A stretch of 63,003 bases of DNA, filler included, from Choristocarpus tenellus KU-1152 (lineage: Eukaryota; Protista; Phaeophyceae), in NCBI GenBank assembly GCA_964200185.2. It is 11 parts of 11 records of this genome, joined end to end, with 100 filler letters (N's around TTAATTAATTAA, not from the genome) between each part and the next. Parts side by side here need not be neighbours in the genome. Positions count along the whole stretch, not along the records: positions 59,457 to 63,003 come from CAXNAD020019339.1; 10 more parts are not named here. One strand, given 5' to 3'. The position numbers and the translations under genes are program-made. The notes beneath the pieces were generated by a model. That model saw only the letters and a program-made list of their open reading frames with translations, was not told the origin of the DNA and did no database searches. Positions within the stretch are counted from its first letter, which is position 1. Each line of letters begins with the position of its first letter. Shown one piece after another: positions 61,126-63,003 of this stretch.

Positions 61126-62759
61126 ATGCTCACCACAGGCAATGGGAGTGCCTGTAGATTTGACGGTCCCAACTCTCTCATCCAGCAAACCCTCTACTGG
61201 TTCACATCCATGCAGCCCCGAGAGCGTGCAGAGATTTTGACCTTTGACGACCCGGCGTGGTGCACCCTTGTGGTGAACATGGCCGCAAGGTTGGAGAGGA
61301 GATCGTCACGGAATGAGCACTTACGTTTCGTTGTCGAGCCTCCAGCACCTGGGAGCTGCAGGCGAGGTGGCATTTGTTTCGCTTGCGTCCTTTCCCTGTG
61401 CTGACAGAACTCCTTAGTACATCACTAACCGTTTGCATTGATCACATTGCGCACATGACAAGCATAGACCTAACCCTAACCTCTTCACCACAAAAATACC
61501 CCCTTATATCCTAGTACCGCGACCTCCTGGGTTCTGAAACTGATTACGCGCAATATTTCTCGCAACTGTCACAGATCTGTGATACATCAATATGCTCCTC
61601 CTCCTTTTCACTCCACCTGGTCACCATTCACTTGGAATGCCCAAATCCATCGCGAAGAACATTGCTAGAGATTATGTTACAACCCAATCAAGAGGCTCAA
61701 ACTACAACCTATTCACCAACAAGTTTAGACTCACGACAAACTCGAAATATCCCAATGACTTGCACTGCTAGCAACGCTTGCTTCTACAAAACCTTGCCCT
61801 GTCCCCAACTCTTTTCGTTTTGATAGTGACTCTCCCAAACCCGAATCTTACCCCAACCTTCATCATGGCTGCAGTGCAAGTGTTCAATATGTTAAGCACC
61901 TTCCACATTGCTCCACCGTAACCTCTACCCCCTTGCCATTAGTAAGAACTGACCCTTGCTTTAGGAGAAAAGGGTCTTCCCCTACACTATGAAAAAGTTC
62001 AACCTTTAACCATCGACGTATCTCTAGCCGTAACACAAGTGTTACCTTAACCTTGACCACTACTGTACTACATGTGTACACTCAACAGGGCAAGCTTTCA
62101 TTCGTCCGTGACAGACCTCTCATATGCTGGAAGCAAGGCAGAACAGGAAGCTTGTGTAGCTATTGAATATGCCTGTCTGGGTTATGGAGACCCCGCCAGG
62201 GCTGTGACATTGCGGGAGGAGTTTGTGGAAGAACCAAACAAGCTTTTTGCGTCTATGCTGACTGTGTCCAGGGGAAGGTTTCTCGAGGATGTGACCACGC
62301 CGCCGGAAGCTGCTGGGACTGTAAATGTGGAGGGGAAGAGACAGGCATCGCTGGGATTGGATAAAAGTGGTGTGTGTGACAGGATGAATTATTGGAGTCG
62401 GTGCCCATGGGAGGGTAGGAGCGAAGGAGGGAGCAATGAGGGAGAGGACTGGGAAGAAATGTCTTGGTTGCGGACAATGGGTGAATACTCATTGGCTGCT
62501 TTTGTCGCCAACAGGGTGGAAGCACGATTGAGGGCCAGGGTCTATATATATACGGAGGGCGTTGTTGGCACGAGCACTGCTACAGGTGGGTCTGGCGAGG
62601 AAAGGGGGAAGGGAATCAAAGGGAAGGGGCAGGTCAGGGGGGGGGCAGCTGCGATGGCCACCGCGGGGAATCAAGGACGGGGAGCTTTGAAGCGAAAGAG
62701 TCATCTCAGGATACCAGGCGGTCAGGGGAGTGCAGGAGAGAGGTGGGCGAGGTCTGCTG
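61126..62759 (+). CDS. N-terminal region of a MEE44-like nucleotidyltransferase-family protein. Exons ~61126-61361 and 62089-62759
   Basis: WFTSMQPRERAEILTFDDP...LVVNM and WLRTMGEYSLAAFVANRVEARLR resemble the conserved N-terminal blocks of plant MEE44-type non-canonical poly(A)/nucleotidyltransferases (recalled, not searched). The catalytic domain is not in the window. Confidence 0.6.
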
Positions 62760-62894
62760 GTGAGAATCTACGGTGTTTTTTGAAATGTGTTGATACTTTG
62801 GTCACTCTTTGGGCATAGGGTTAGGGTTGTGCTGCGGGCTATCTCCCTCTCTCTCTCTTGCTATCACTCTTGCAATACATATCGCCCATTTTAT

Positions 62895-62990
62895 AGTATT
62901 GACTAGGAAGGGTATACCCTTGGCAAATACTGACTAGGAAGGGTATACCTTTGACAAGTACTGGCTAGGACGGGTATGCCCTTGGCAAGT
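62895..62990 (+). repeat. 31-bp tandem repeat x3, each built on the palindrome AAGGGTATACCCTT
   Basis: Read directly. Unit 1 has a perfect 14-bp palindrome. Confidence 0.9.
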
Positions 62991-63003
62991 GCCCCCCAAC
63001 AGA

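Overview
This is eukaryotic, intron-rich nuclear DNA, most likely from a photosynthetic stramenopile such as a brown alga or close relative. That assignment is an inference from a bipartite plastid presequence, the gene content and TTAGGG-like repeats. The window is not one locus. It is 11 short contigs joined by ten artificial 100-nt spacers (N44-TTAATTAATTAA-N44), so adjacency across spacers means nothing. Host genes reconstructed from splice sites and codon phase are an IQ-motif protein, a coiled-coil protein, mitochondrial methylmalonyl-CoA mutase (5' part), a complete plastid-targeted glyoxalase/VOC protein head-to-head with a WD40-like gene, an 11-exon LRR+TPR gene, a frameshifted Pro/Thr-rich root-cap/VWD-like gene, a MEE44-like nucleotidyltransferase N-terminus, and two unidentified spliced fragments. 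Mobile DNA dominates. About 25 copies of three MITE families share one terminal motif (G[AG][GC][TC][CG]AAAGTA) and have 3-4 bp target duplications. Two of these families also share an asymmetric inner motif placed about 31 nt from one end and about 41 nt from the other. There are two copies of a pogo/Tigger-like transposon whose transposase begins with a PHD-like zinc finger, plus Ty1/copia and LINE remnants and several tandem repeats. I found no rRNA, tRNA or CRISPR array. The best candidates for something undescribed are the asymmetric-end MITE system and the PHD-pogo transposase.
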